In this document: one piece after another, positions 1-10,065 of the stretch
Layout of the letters: every line of letters starts with the position of its first letter
Numbering within the stretch: the first letter of the stretch is position 1
DNA from: Patescibacteria group bacterium
Lineage (GTDB): Bacteria; Patescibacteriota; UBA1384; XYA2-FULL-43-10; 1-14-0-10-43-13
Direction: 5' to 3'
Assembly: GCA_041666325.1 (NCBI GenBank)
Contig: JBAYHC010000001.1
Coordinates: 201,708 to 265,707 of the forward strand
DNA: 64,000 nt
Position numbers and translations under genes: made by a program
Notes under the pieces: model-generated
What the model saw: the letters and a program-made list of their open reading frames with translations, nothing else
Databases searched by the model: none
Told to the model about the DNA's origin: nothing

Positions 1-186
1 AACATTCTCCAGCTCTAGAAGCGTTTCCCAAAGTTGCAGCCAGGACAGATCTCTGATGAACCAAAGCATTCTCTGATCTTTTGCAGCTCTTAGTTTTGAA
101 CATATTGACCCGTACCATTTCAAATAAGAGTATGCTATCATCATTGTAATAATGTACAAGTTGTAACCGTTGGTTACATATTTTGT

Positions 187-705
187 ATGACAAAGTATGC
201 ACCTACCAAAGATAATATAGTAAGAAGAAGGAGAGATATGGAGAACGATATAGATACAATTATTGGCCTCAATGTGATTCTCAAGGGAAACATTAAAAAC
301 AAAGGGTCAATCCAGGTAAATGGAACTATTGAGGGTGAGGTTCGTAGCGATGAGCACATTAACATAGGCGAAACAGCTAAGGTTAAGGGTCCTGTAATCG
401 CTAAAACAGTAGAGGTTTCCGGAGAGGTTTCTGGCCTCATCGAAGCCTCAGAGCGGCTGGAAATTCACCCAACCGGTAGAGTTACAGGAGATATTAACGC
501 CAAGAGCTTAATCATCCAGAACGGCGCTATATTTGTTGGCAAGAGCATCATGCCTTCGAAGGGATCAGTCGGAGATTTAGGCAAGGCTGAGACAACAATC
601 GAAGAAGTTTTCGCAGACTCAGACAAAGAAGACAAGAAGGATAAGGGACAGGAAGAGGACAAAGAGGAGAAAGAAAAAGACCCTCTTGGATTTTTCCGGA
701 AATAA
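187..705 (+). CDS. Bactofilin (polymer-forming cytoskeletal protein, DUF583 repeats) with acidic K/E/D-rich C-terminal tail
   Basis: Repeated beta-helix-like motifs (NVILKGNIKNKGSIQVNGTIEGEV / ETAKVKGPV / VEVSGEVSGLIEA / TGRVTGDINAKSLIIQNGAIFVG) typical of bactofilins; recognised from sequence only. Confidence 0.7.
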   Translation: MTKYAPTKDNIVRRRRDMENDIDTIIGLNVILKGNIKNKGSIQVNGTIEGEVRSDEHINIGETAKVKGPVIAKTVEVSGEVSGLIEASERLEIHPTGRVTGDINAKSLIIQNGAIFVGKSIMPSKGSVGDLGKAETTIEEVFADSDKEDKKDKGQEEDKEEKEKDPLGFFRK

Positions 706-776
706 AGGATATTAACCTCGGGGCACCGTTCGATCCTGAGCAACTCACGGTCAAGGGAAGCCCCGAACCCCTGGAA

Positions 777-817
777 CGTCCCGACAATTATCGGGACGGG
801 GTATTAAACCCTTTTTT
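777..817 (+). terminator. Tandem GC hairpins (gtcccgacaattatcgggac; gggtattaaaccc) followed by a T6 run: intrinsic terminator or attenuator
   Basis: Stem-loops plus U-tract read directly from the sequence, downstream of the bactofilin stop and about 150 nt upstream of the next plus-strand gene. Confidence 0.55.
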
Positions 818-974
818 ACGAGCTGGAAACTCCCTGTGGGCACTGATTCTACGGCTATCTGTATCTTGTAATAACAAGCTAACTAGGCGAAAGGCGAGAA
901 GCGAAAGTGTAGTCGCAATTGTTGTTAATGGATTTGTTTCTTGCGCCTGATAACTTACGCCTCTCCAATATCTT

Positions 975-1751
975 GTGTACTACTATATTTTTGATATAAG
1001 AAAATGCAATAAGCGCTCTCAAGTTGAGGACATCAAAACTTATCTTGGGGGGCTGGGGATCTCAGGGGAGTTCACCTATCCAACAGCTGCTCAAGCACCA
1101 GAAGAGCTAGTTGACTTGGCTTTGGCTAAACGCTACTCAACCATCGTAGCTATCGGGGGAGATGATCTCGCGACAGCTATCGCCAACCGCCTACTCGGCA
1201 GAAAAGAAGCATTGGGTATAATTCCTCTTGGAGCATCGGAGTATCTCTCTGAGCTGATCGGCACCAGTAATTGGCGAGAAGCAGCAGAGGCACTGCGTTT
1301 TCGTAAAATTTCAGAAATCAGGATGGGTCAAACAGCTGCCGGAAATTCCTTCTTAACACACATAGATCTCGATATTGGTTACCCCATAGAAGTAACGCTC
1401 GAATTTAAGGATTTTCTAGTTCAAACCAAAGCCGAGAATCTGATAGTGGCAAATGTTTACCCTGGCGTTAAAAAGAGAGGCATCGACTATCTCGATGTCC
1501 TTATCAAGAGTGCAGAACCAAAGGATGGGCCAATGCTCTCTCGCCTCGCCTCAATCTTTGGAGCAAAGAAAAACAATAAAGACAAATTAATTTCATTGTT
1601 TAGGGCCAGATCACTTCGGATTTTTACCAAAACACCATTAGCACTGATAAGCAACGGCAAAACGATTGCCAAGACTCCGCAACTAGTAGAAAGCTCCGAT
1701 GAGCCTCTCCGACTGATAACAGCCCGAAAAGGGGCACATCCGTGGGAGTGA
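975..1751 (+). CDS. Diacylglycerol-kinase-family (DAGK_cat / YegS-like) lipid kinase homolog with a degenerate GGDG motif (GGDD)
   Basis: IVAIGGDDLATAIANRLL...LGIIPLGASEYLSELIG matches the IVAxGGDGT...LGIIPxGTGNDFAR signature in divergent form. The N-terminus is short, so the start is uncertain. Confidence 0.5.
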   Translation: MYYYIFDIRKCNKRSQVEDIKTYLGGLGISGEFTYPTAAQAPEELVDLALAKRYSTIVAIGGDDLATAIANRLLGRKEALGIIPLGASEYLSELIGTSNWREAAEALRFRKISEIRMGQTAAGNSFLTHIDLDIGYPIEVTLEFKDFLVQTKAENLIVANVYPGVKKRGIDYLDVLIKSAEPKDGPMLSRLASIFGAKKNNKDKLISLFRARSLRIFTKTPLALISNGKTIAKTPQLVESSDEPLRLITARKGAHPWE

Positions 1752-1819
1752 AAAAGTAGAGGGTAGAGAGCAGATAGTAGAAGGGAGAAAGGAGAAAGTA
1801 GAGGGGGCGACTGTGCAAG

Positions 1820-2176
1820 CTACTTGTTCTTTCTATAGCTAATAAATGCAGAGATCTGACTTGCTACTTGCTCAAGTTTGGTGCTTAGTTCAATGTACTG
1901 TGATTGAGAACAGTATCCTAATTCTTTGGCTAAAACTAGTAATGTATCCAACTCATTGCAAGACCCCAGTGAGATATAGAGAAATTGTATCAGCTCTTTA
2001 TTTCCATTCCTGCCATATCCTTCGGCTATGTTTACCGGAATAGAAACCACCGCTCTATTTATTTGAGAAGCCAAACCATATATCTCTGAATGAGGAAATT
2101 GTCTGGTAATTTTGTAGCACAAGAGAACAAGGCCAATGCCTTCTTGCCATATTTTTAGATCTTTGTATCCCCTCAT
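1820..2176 (-). CDS. Four-helix-bundle protein (TIGR02436, 23S rRNA intervening-sequence protein family)
   Basis: About 118 aa with KIWQEGIGLVLLCYKIT...IAEGYGR...LYISLGSCNELDTLL, characteristic of this family. Confidence 0.6.
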   Translation of the reverse strand: MRGYKDLKIWQEGIGLVLLCYKITRQFPHSEIYGLASQINRAVVSIPVNIAEGYGRNGNKELIQFLYISLGSCNELDTLLVLAKELGYCSQSQYIELSTKLEQVASQISAFISYRKNK

Positions 2177-2227
2177 TTCTCACTGCTCTTTCCTTTCTAC
2201 CTTCTCCCCTCTCCCTTCCACCTTCTA

Positions 2228-3901
2228 CTATTTAAGCTGTAGTACCGCTCCCTCCCCCTCATGCTCATCGAGAGGTTTTTCTTTAAGAATAGGCAGCGAG
2301 AAGAAAAATTCCGTTCCCTTGCCCTCACCCTCACTCTCAAACCAAATCTTGCCTTTGTGTAGTTCGATTAGATTTTTGGAAATATACATACCAAGCCCAG
2401 TACCCTTGACTTGGTCCTTCAAAACATCAACCTGAGAGAATTTCTGAAAAATTCGATCGCGCTTCTCCTTGGGCACTCCGCAGCCGTTGTCCTTGACTGA
2501 CACGACAATATTGTCGCCTTCTTTCCAGGCCCGAACTTTAATTTTGCCACCCGGATCAGTGTATTTGATAGAGTTGCCCAGCATATTGATAACAACCTCG
2601 GTGATTCTGGTCTTGTCAAACCAGGTCTTGGGCAGGGCATCTTCGGACTTGTCATAAACCAATGTGTGCCGCATCTCCTTCACCTTAGACCCAACCTCCA
2701 TTACAGCCTGGTTGATGATATCCTCCATCTGCGACTCCTCGTAAATAAGATGAACTCTGTTCGACTCTATCCTGGAGACATTGAGCAGATCTCGCACAAG
2801 TGAGGCCAGTCTTTTGGACGAAGTATAGACACTGTCAAGATATTTCTTGGCTTGATCCGGAATCTTGCCGCCCATGCCCTCATCCAAAATCATAGAAAGA
2901 TAACCCTCGATAGCAGCTATTGGAGTATTGAGCTCGTGCGATGCCATCGACATAAAGTTGTCCTTGGCCTTGTCCAAATCCTGCAAATGTTTATTAGCCT
3001 CATCGAGCCTTTTAGCTAATTTTGAAATGTCTTCCTTCTGTTTTATCTCACGCTGGACGCTCCTAACTAGCTGATACCCACTGTAGCTTGCGGTAAACCA
3101 TATGAAAAAATTGATTGCTCCCTCAGTCATGCTCTCCGATATTACCATCCGAACCAGCAGAGCGAGAGATAACACGATAACAATCGCCTCCGTCGCAATC
3201 ACTTTAATGTCAAACAGGTGATGCTTCGTGATTGCATAAGCAGTAAACCCAAGCATGAAAACAACAGAGTAGTCCCCCAGCCAATAATAGTTATCGCCAG
3301 GTCTGAAAACCGGCCAAATCACGTTGAAAATTGTGTTAAAAAATGCCACTGCAATCACACCGTACGAAAATAATCTTATTTGCGATTTTTCGTTCAAGCT
3401 AGCCAACTTGTATGATTTGACTAAGCGCCATATGACTAACAATGCGGTTATCACCGCGTAAGCATAGAAGATTAGTTCATATTCACCCATGGTCCAAACT
3501 AATAGGCTATTAGACAAATTCATATCTGCAACAATAAGATTTGTTGCGGCAGATACAATAGCAAACGACACACCGACAGAAACAAAAAGCAGATCGACAG
3601 TTCTCCATCTTGCTTGGTTTTTCGGGAAATTAAGAATAAACGCATAAATTGAAACCAGGAATAAGGCAACGGAGGCAAAATTTAGCCTAGCTAACAACAG
3701 AGAAAACCGGGATAGGCTCGGGTAATATACCAAAAAACCGAGACTGGCCCAAAGCAAAACCGCCAATGACGTTAGAAAGAAATAACGATTTTGAGGCTGA
3801 CGCTTATTTGTGTGGTAAACAGCAAAGCCAAGCAACAATGAGGCTAAAGCAACAGCCGCAAGCACAAACTCCTGAATCAGTTTTATGTCAATTTTTTCCA
3901 T
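2228..3901 (-). CDS. Sensor histidine kinase with a multi-pass membrane sensor domain plus HisKA/HATPase_c
   Basis: About 7 N-terminal hydrophobic helices; H-box MSMASHELNTPIAAIEGY; N/G boxes NMLGNSIKYT, DNGCGVP, GTGLGMYISKNLIELHKG. The start was moved to the internal MEKIDIK to avoid overlap with the upstream gene. Confidence 0.8.
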   Translation of the reverse strand: MEKIDIKLIQEFVLAAVALASLLLGFAVYHTNKRQPQNRYFFLTSLAVLLWASLGFLVYYPSLSRFSLLLARLNFASVALFLVSIYAFILNFPKNQARWRTVDLLFVSVGVSFAIVSAATNLIVADMNLSNSLLVWTMGEYELIFYAYAVITALLVIWRLVKSYKLASLNEKSQIRLFSYGVIAVAFFNTIFNVIWPVFRPGDNYYWLGDYSVVFMLGFTAYAITKHHLFDIKVIATEAIVIVLSLALLVRMVISESMTEGAINFFIWFTASYSGYQLVRSVQREIKQKEDISKLAKRLDEANKHLQDLDKAKDNFMSMASHELNTPIAAIEGYLSMILDEGMGGKIPDQAKKYLDSVYTSSKRLASLVRDLLNVSRIESNRVHLIYEESQMEDIINQAVMEVGSKVKEMRHTLVYDKSEDALPKTWFDKTRITEVVINMLGNSIKYTDPGGKIKVRAWKEGDNIVVSVKDNGCGVPKEKRDRIFQKFSQVDVLKDQVKGTGLGMYISKNLIELHKGKIWFESEGEGKGTEFFFSLPILKEKPLDEHEGEGAVLQLK

Positions 3902-4721
3902 TGATTTGATATATAAAAAACACAAGCGCCCAAATGAAATATTCGAGATCAATTAACAATGAAGAATAGGACTTATTGGCTCTGGACCAAAATAATTCAC
4001 AGGAACTAGCTAATATAGGCACGAGTATTAACACAGACGCAAGCGGCATAAAGCGGAGCAACACTGCAACTATTATTATAAATGCGCCAAGTCCATTTAG
4101 CAATTGTAAAACGAGGAATAGTCTATCGCCTCCGAGTACAGTAGCGAAGGTCTTCAGCCCCTTTTCTTTATCCTCGTCCATATCTTTAAGATCATAATAT
4201 GAAGTATTCATCAGGTCGCGGATAAATACTAAAACCATAATGATGATTACAGCATAATTAAACGGAAGAGAATAATAAAAGACATAAAATGGAATGATTA
4301 AATTCCAACCAACCGCCACGTAGAAATCTTTGAAACCAAGTATATAGTGCGTTAGTCCTTTAAACAAAACTGTATACAGAAGACCCCAAACCATTATTAG
4401 GATTGCTATCGATAATCCAATCGAATTGCCATGAACGCCTACAAACCAGAGCGTTCCAACGGTGAAACAAAGAATAAACAGCGTGAAAATAATATGCTTG
4501 TGCAGAGTACTTTCATAAACATCTTTTGCCTCCCACCTTCTCGGCTCCTCGAAATAATTGAAAAGATAAACTGCTGTGGGAATCAGGAACATAATAAACA
4601 AAAAGTCCCACTCGAGGGGACCTGACAACAAGAATGACACAGCGTATATTTCCGCCATCGCGCCAAGGGCAGTGACCAGGGCAATCTTAATGTGTCTGAA
4701 TGTTTTATTTTCCTTCGTCAT
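3888..4721 (-). CDS. UbiA-superfamily-like polytopic membrane protein (paralog 1). Second Asp-rich motif YDLKDMDEDKEKGLKT is present; the first motif is degenerate
   Basis: 8-9 predicted TM helices and a YDxxDxxxDxxxGxKT motif; a clear paralog of the ORF at 6949-7797. Confidence 0.45.
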   Translation of the reverse strand: MTKENKTFRHIKIALVTALGAMAEIYAVSFLLSGPLEWDFLFIMFLIPTAVYLFNYFEEPRRWEAKDVYESTLHKHIIFTLFILCFTVGTLWFVGVHGNSIGLSIAILIMVWGLLYTVLFKGLTHYILGFKDFYVAVGWNLIIPFYVFYYSLPFNYAVIIIMVLVFIRDLMNTSYYDLKDMDEDKEKGLKTFATVLGGDRLFLVLQLLNGLGAFIIIVAVLLRFMPLASVLILVPILASSCELFWSRANKSYSSLLIDLEYFIWALVFFIYQINGKN

Positions 4722-4737
4722 CAGCTGTAAACCTTAA

Positions 4738-5010
4738 TCACTTGTCTCTCCCATGTTTTAGGTAGCCTATCCCAAGCAAAAATACTCCCGGAACGTTAAT
4801 CACCCCAACAACAATAATCGGCCATTCGGTTAATGCAAGACCATAATTCAGCCAAGCCAACTCATTAATAATTAATGCGATTACTAATGGCCCGCTAAAA
4901 TCTTCGGCGCTCTTTGTGCGCCATATTTTTATGACCTGCATGTAGAGACCAAATGTAATAATGATGCTCGCAACAAGAGTTATGATTCGACTTGTGTCAA
5001 GATAATTCAT
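4738..5010 (-). CDS. SemiSWEET / PQ-loop (MtN3) family small sugar transporter
   Basis: 90 aa with 3 TM helices; MQVIKIWRTKSAEDFS resembles the LPQVxRVxxTKSTxDIS PQ-loop motif of bacterial SemiSWEETs. Confidence 0.6.
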   Translation of the reverse strand: MNYLDTSRIITLVASIIITFGLYMQVIKIWRTKSAEDFSGPLVIALIINELAWLNYGLALTEWPIIVVGVINVPGVFLLGIGYLKHGRDK

Positions 5011-5143
5011 ATTGAGTTTAGCTTTATTGCCTTCGCCAGCATTCCTTATCGTGTTTTTATCATTCTAACCCCCAAAGCGCACATTTTGCAAGCGATTACG
5101 AATAAAGTAATTGCTTGTTTATGATGATATAATGGTCACAACC

Positions 5144-6952
5144 ATGGCCAAACTGCTCTCTCAAATTAAATCACCTAAGGACTTAAAAAAATTATCGCTA
5201 AGTCAACTTGATGATTTGGCTGTGGAAATACGTTCATTTCTCTTGCAAACACTCGCTCAAAATGGCGGCCACTTGGCCCCGAACCTAGGAACAGTTGAAC
5301 TAACCTTGGCATTGCACTATTTTTATAACTCGCCCAAAGACAAAATGATCTGGGATGTTGGTCACCAGGCTTACACCCACAAAATAATCACGGGCAGACT
5401 CAATGATTTCGCCACCCTGCGCAAGATGGGCGGGCTGAGCGGATATCTCAAGATTACAGAAAGCAAGCACGATTCCTTTGGCGCCGGACACGCCGGTACC
5501 TCGATTTCGGCCTCACTCGGTTTCGCCGAAGCCAGAGATCGTTTAAAAAAGAATCATCAGGTTGTTGCCATTATCGGAGACGGAAGTCTAAACTGCGGAC
5601 TAGCCTATGAGGGTCTAAACAACATTGGAAGCCTCAACTCAAATATCACCGTAATACTAAACGACAATAAGTGGTCTATCTCAAAGAACGTCGGTGGCAT
5701 GGCAAAATACCTGGAAAAACTCTCTGGTATTGATGTAGCAAAGAAGAAAAACGCGGATATCGAGTCGATCTTTGAGTCTCTTGGCTTCAAATACTTCGGT
5801 CCGATCAACGGCCACAACATTGAGGAACTAGTTAACGCATTTCAGAAAGCTAGTATCACACCAGGACCAAAGCTGATACACGTCATAACCAAAAAGGGCG
5901 CCGGCTACAGCCACTCAGAGAACATGCCCGACAAATATCATTCAGTGAACCCCTTCATTCTTGAGTCTGGTGAAAGCATAAAGCGAACAAACAGCCTCAC
6001 ATTCACTAACGCTTTTGCTGATGCGCTAATACGAATAGCAACGACAAACAAGAAAGTCATCGCAATTACAGCAGCCATGCCTGCCGGTACGGGCGTTGAT
6101 AAGTTCGCGGAGAAATTTCCTGATCATTTTTATGATACTGGAATCGCAGAAGAACACGCTGTCATATTCGCTGCTGCACTCGCCCTCGAAGGCTTCATCC
6201 CGGTAGTAGCAATTTATTCAACTTTTCTCCAGCGCGCCTACGATCAAATAATCCACGATGTCGCGTTGCAAAAAATCCCTGTCATCTTTGCTATCGATCG
6301 AGCAGGCATTGTCGGGGCTGATGGCCCCACACATCATGGCATCTTCGACCTGTCTTACCTGCGCCACATTCCAAATCTTGTCGTGCTGGCACCAAAAAAC
6401 GAGAACGAATTACAACACATGCTTTATTCTGCCACTATGTACAAAGAGGGTCCGATCGCAATTCGATATCCGCGCGGCAGCGGAGCAGGACAAGTCTTGA
6501 GCTCAGAGCTAAGCATGATAGCAATAGGTAAAGCAGAAAAAATGACCAACGGATCTGATGTTGCAATCCTTGCGATAGGCTCTATGGTTTACCCTTCACT
6601 GGAAGCGGCAGAAATGCTAAGAAGCGAAAACATCCACGCTACAGTCTATAATGCCCGCAGCGCAAAACCGATTGATCCGAAGATGATTCAGGAAGCGCTC
6701 AAAATTGGAACCATTATCACTGCAGAAGAAAACATCCTTGAGGGTGGATTTGGCTCGGCAGTCTTAGAGGAACTCGAGAAGTCGGGGCACCTCTCAAACA
6801 TATCGGTGCGCCGGCTGGGCATTGAGAAATTTATTGAGCACGGAGAGGTAGGCGAACTCAAGGAGAAATATGGCCTTACAAGCAATCGAATTTACCTAGA
6901 AGCCAGAGACCTAATCTCTTCAAGGAATCAAACATCCGTCTTTTCGGCCTAA
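5144..6952 (+). CDS. dxs: 1-deoxy-D-xylulose-5-phosphate synthase
   Basis: N-terminus MAKLLSQIKSPKDLKKLS, GHQAYTHKIITGR, the TPP motif IIGDGSL and full-length transketolase-like architecture. The start was chosen at the internal Met matching the canonical DXS N-terminus. Confidence 0.9.
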   Translation: MAKLLSQIKSPKDLKKLSLSQLDDLAVEIRSFLLQTLAQNGGHLAPNLGTVELTLALHYFYNSPKDKMIWDVGHQAYTHKIITGRLNDFATLRKMGGLSGYLKITESKHDSFGAGHAGTSISASLGFAEARDRLKKNHQVVAIIGDGSLNCGLAYEGLNNIGSLNSNITVILNDNKWSISKNVGGMAKYLEKLSGIDVAKKKNADIESIFESLGFKYFGPINGHNIEELVNAFQKASITPGPKLIHVITKKGAGYSHSENMPDKYHSVNPFILESGESIKRTNSLTFTNAFADALIRIATTNKKVIAITAAMPAGTGVDKFAEKFPDHFYDTGIAEEHAVIFAAALALEGFIPVVAIYSTFLQRAYDQIIHDVALQKIPVIFAIDRAGIVGADGPTHHGIFDLSYLRHIPNLVVLAPKNENELQHMLYSATMYKEGPIAIRYPRGSGAGQVLSSELSMIAIGKAEKMTNGSDVAILAIGSMVYPSLEAAEMLRSENIHATVYNARSAKPIDPKMIQEALKIGTIITAEENILEGGFGSAVLEELEKSGHLSNISVRRLGIEKFIEHGEVGELKEKYGLTSNRIYLEARDLISSRNQTSVFSA

Positions 6953-7797
6953 ACAAAGAGGTAGTGCGAGAAGACCAATATCGGAAACCATAACAAGTAC
7001 TCCCCATCACAGTAAACATAGGAAAATATGGTCAGGTCTCTCTCTCCTTTTGATTTCTCAACATAGTAGGAGAAATAGGGCACGATCAATAATATCATTA
7101 GAGAATAATACGGCAACTGATTTTCGTAGACTCCAAATATTATCGGCAGAGCAGAGAGTAAATTGATGGCATTAATGAAGGTATAAAATTTCTGTCGAGG
7201 CAAAATTACCGCAAAAGTTTTAAGTTTTTTTCGACCATCATCAACCACATCCTTCAAGTCATAGAAAACAGTTGCAACAAAAAGCCTTATATATATAAAA
7301 ATGATCAATGAGACTGCCGCGTAGTCGACCCGAACGTGGGCATGAACGTTGTAGGCAAAAAGCAATAGCAGGTAGACCGCCGGCACAAAAAAATCTTTGA
7401 AACCGGTAATTTTGCGGCTAAGTTGTTTGAAGTACACACCGTAAGCAAAGCCGAGTGCATACATAGTTAGCCACAAGCCGATCACTGCGATTTTCCCCTG
7501 ATACGCCAGTATGCCCAGCGAACCTAAGAAGTATCCAATGATCATCACCTGAGTCAGTATTTTGTGTTTCAAAAGATAGTCAGCCCTCCCTGGATTGGTA
7601 CAAATATCTGACTTTATCTCTTTGTATCTATCGAAAAGATAAATCGAATGAACACCGAAGTATGTAATCAGAAGATAAAGGCTGTCAGGGGCCCGATCGA
7701 GCATAAGAGAATAGCTGCCGACAATGCATGCTGCACCCAAAGACATGATGTGACCACCAAAAATAAACTCATCTTTAATTCTCTTAAAGATATTCAT
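6949..7797 (-). CDS. UbiA-superfamily-like polytopic membrane protein (paralog 2); motif YDLKDVVDDGRKKLKT
   Basis: Shares GFKDF(F/Y)V and (Y/F)IR...YDLKDxxDDxxKxLKTFA blocks with the 3888-4721 protein; 8-9 TM helices. Confidence 0.45.
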   Translation of the reverse strand: MNIFKRIKDEFIFGGHIMSLGAACIVGSYSLMLDRAPDSLYLLITYFGVHSIYLFDRYKEIKSDICTNPGRADYLLKHKILTQVMIIGYFLGSLGILAYQGKIAVIGLWLTMYALGFAYGVYFKQLSRKITGFKDFFVPAVYLLLLFAYNVHAHVRVDYAAVSLIIFIYIRLFVATVFYDLKDVVDDGRKKLKTFAVILPRQKFYTFINAINLLSALPIIFGVYENQLPYYSLMILLIVPYFSYYVEKSKGERDLTIFSYVYCDGEYLLWFPILVFSHYLFV

Positions 7798-8265
7798 CTT
7801 AGTCCTGTTCGATTAATTATTATCTGTGCACACTCAAAATAACCATCTTCACCTCATGAAATGATTAGTGCCGCAGAACCCTACAGAGATGTTGGAAACA
7901 CCTTACATCTCTACTAAAGTCAGAGGCACTAGGAAAAAATGACGACTTTTTAATGATAGCGTCCAGCATGATCATGATCAAGTGATCGTTATCAACATAC
8001 GGCATTTTCTGAGCAAGCGCTTGATGTTTTGTAATTATTGTTCAACAATCAGCCCCTGATTCGGGCTCTAACGACTCACTGTAACTTTGTCAGCATTGAC
8101 ATACATGAATTTTTATGTTACTATTTATACATATAGTTTTAGATTAATGTTTATGCAACACAGCATAAATGATAATATATAGGCATCAAATCTTTATTGA
8201 GCCCGTGTTAAATTGAACTGCATTTGATAAAGGCCATAATAACTAACCACTAATAGGACTTATCA

Positions 8266-9336
8266 ATGGACGCCAAAACACAACTACAAGAGTACAAGCA
8301 AAAATTAGATATTGAGCTCAATAAATACTTGACCGCAAAAGTTCAAGAGGCAGATAGAATATCTCCACTGACCAGAGAACTAATGGAGTACATTGCCGAC
8401 CTAACGCTCCGTGGCGGAAAGCGAATCAGGGCCGCACTCATGTACTATAGCTATGTTGCCCATGGCGGCAAGAACACTGATGAGGTGCTTTTGGCTTCGA
8501 TGTCGATGGAACTCTCAGAGACATACCTTCTTATCCACGACGACATTATGGATAATGACTCACTACGCCGTGGAGGTATGACGATCAATACGTCATATCG
8601 TCAAATCGGAGAGAACCTTTATCACGACAAGATCAATACACGCAATTTTGGTAATTCCATGGCCATGCTTGCAGGTAATGTTGCTTGTGCTCTCAGCAAC
8701 GAACTCATAGCGCGCTCAAATTTTGACAAAAAAGATATCGTCCGAGCACTAGATGAGCTTAACCGGGTCTATGTTGTCGAGCAGTACGGCCAAATGCTTG
8801 ACGTTCTTTCACAGTTAAGGGAAAACATTACAACCAAAGATGTACTATTGGTTCACCAATTAAAAACTGCCCCCTATACATTTGAGGGTCCACTCAGAAT
8901 CGGGGCCATTTTAGCCGGCGCCGACGAGAAATCACTGCAGAAATTAAGCGACTACGCCATTCCGCTAGGAATTGCGTTTCAAATTCAGGACGATATCCTC
9001 GGCATGTTCGGATCAGAGGAAAAATTAGGCAAACCGGTAATCTCAGATCTAAAGGAGGGCAAAAAAACCCTTCTTATTCTGAAAGCATTGGATAGGGCGA
9101 CAGCCAGGCAGAGAGAGATAATCGAGATCAATCTTGGCAACAAGAAGACTACGATGAATGGACTGAAGGATGTCAGAGAAGTGATCAATCAAACAAAATC
9201 TCTCGACTATTCAAAGGCAATGGCCAAGAAGCTAGTCGAGGAAGCCGTCTCAGCCATGAACTTACTCAAATTAAAAAAAGAAGGAAGTGTATTCCTTCAA
9301 AATATCGCAGATTATATGATTAACCGAGAATACTAG
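8266..9336 (+). CDS. Polyprenyl diphosphate synthase (GGPP/FPP synthase family, IdsA/IspA-like)
   Basis: First Asp-rich motif LIHDDIMDNDSLRRG and second Asp-rich motif FQIQDDILG of trans-isoprenyl diphosphate synthases. Confidence 0.85.
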   Translation: MDAKTQLQEYKQKLDIELNKYLTAKVQEADRISPLTRELMEYIADLTLRGGKRIRAALMYYSYVAHGGKNTDEVLLASMSMELSETYLLIHDDIMDNDSLRRGGMTINTSYRQIGENLYHDKINTRNFGNSMAMLAGNVACALSNELIARSNFDKKDIVRALDELNRVYVVEQYGQMLDVLSQLRENITTKDVLLVHQLKTAPYTFEGPLRIGAILAGADEKSLQKLSDYAIPLGIAFQIQDDILGMFGSEEKLGKPVISDLKEGKKTLLILKALDRATARQREIIEINLGNKKTTMNGLKDVREVINQTKSLDYSKAMAKKLVEEAVSAMNLLKLKKEGSVFLQNIADYMINREY

Positions 9337-9854
9337 TCCTCTTTTTGCTCTCTGAACTGTTTCAGTCTTGGCCAAGCATCCTTGAACCAATAAGTAAAAC
9401 TTTGAGGATTGTTCTCAATCTCTTTCTCTAGTTCATCTGTCGAGACCCATCTCCAGTCTTCGGCCTCTTCTGGATTGGGTTCAGGAGAATCATCGCAAGT
9501 ACCAACAAAAACGTGATCTATCTCATTCTCCGTTAGGTCTCCCAATTCAGCCCTATACGCAAAAACAAACGCTTCACTGAGTGGGCAATCAAAACCCATC
9601 TCTTCTTTTAGCCGGCGATGAGCAGCTAACTCAGTCTTCTCGCCTGGAGACGGATGACTGCAGCATGTGTTTGTCCACAAACCGCCAGAATGATATTTAT
9701 TTATTGCCCGCTGCTGAAGCATCAACTCGTTGGCAGAATTAAAAACAAAGATTGAAAAGGCTCGATGTTGCAATCCTTTTTTGTGAGCCGCCATCTTCTC
9801 CTCTTCTCCAATGGGGGCGTCATCCTCATTAACCAATATAACTTTGTTTTCCAT
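9333..9854 (-). CDS. idi: Isopentenyl-diphosphate delta-isomerase, type 1 (Nudix fold)
   Basis: HRAFSIFVFNSANELMLQQRAINKYHSGGLWTNTCCSHPSPGE...EEMGF matches the type-1 IDI core; the start is placed at MENKVIL. Confidence 0.8.
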   Translation of the reverse strand: MENKVILVNEDDAPIGEEEKMAAHKKGLQHRAFSIFVFNSANELMLQQRAINKYHSGGLWTNTCCSHPSPGEKTELAAHRRLKEEMGFDCPLSEAFVFAYRAELGDLTENEIDHVFVGTCDDSPEPNPEEAEDWRWVSTDELEKEIENNPQSFTYWFKDAWPRLKQFREQKED

Positions 9855-10065
9855 AGTGTATTCTCTGTTAAAAAATGACATATTCTAATACATAATGCAA
9901 CAACATGTTTTGCGCAATTCAATTTGCCGCCATCGGATCAATGACTAGGCCACTTCTGCAATGTTGGATACAATAGCGATGGCACCAATGGCTCAGAAAC
10001 ACTCCGATTGTAGATGCCGCAAAATGGTGGTAAAATTTATTAACCAACCAACCTAGAAAAGCCCT

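Noticed and set aside
730-790. SRP RNA or tRNA-like motif (gttcgatcc; ggtcaagggaagcc)
   Set aside because: It does not reproduce the SRP helix-8 consensus (GGAAG...AGCAGC) or a tRNA cloverleaf when folded by hand.
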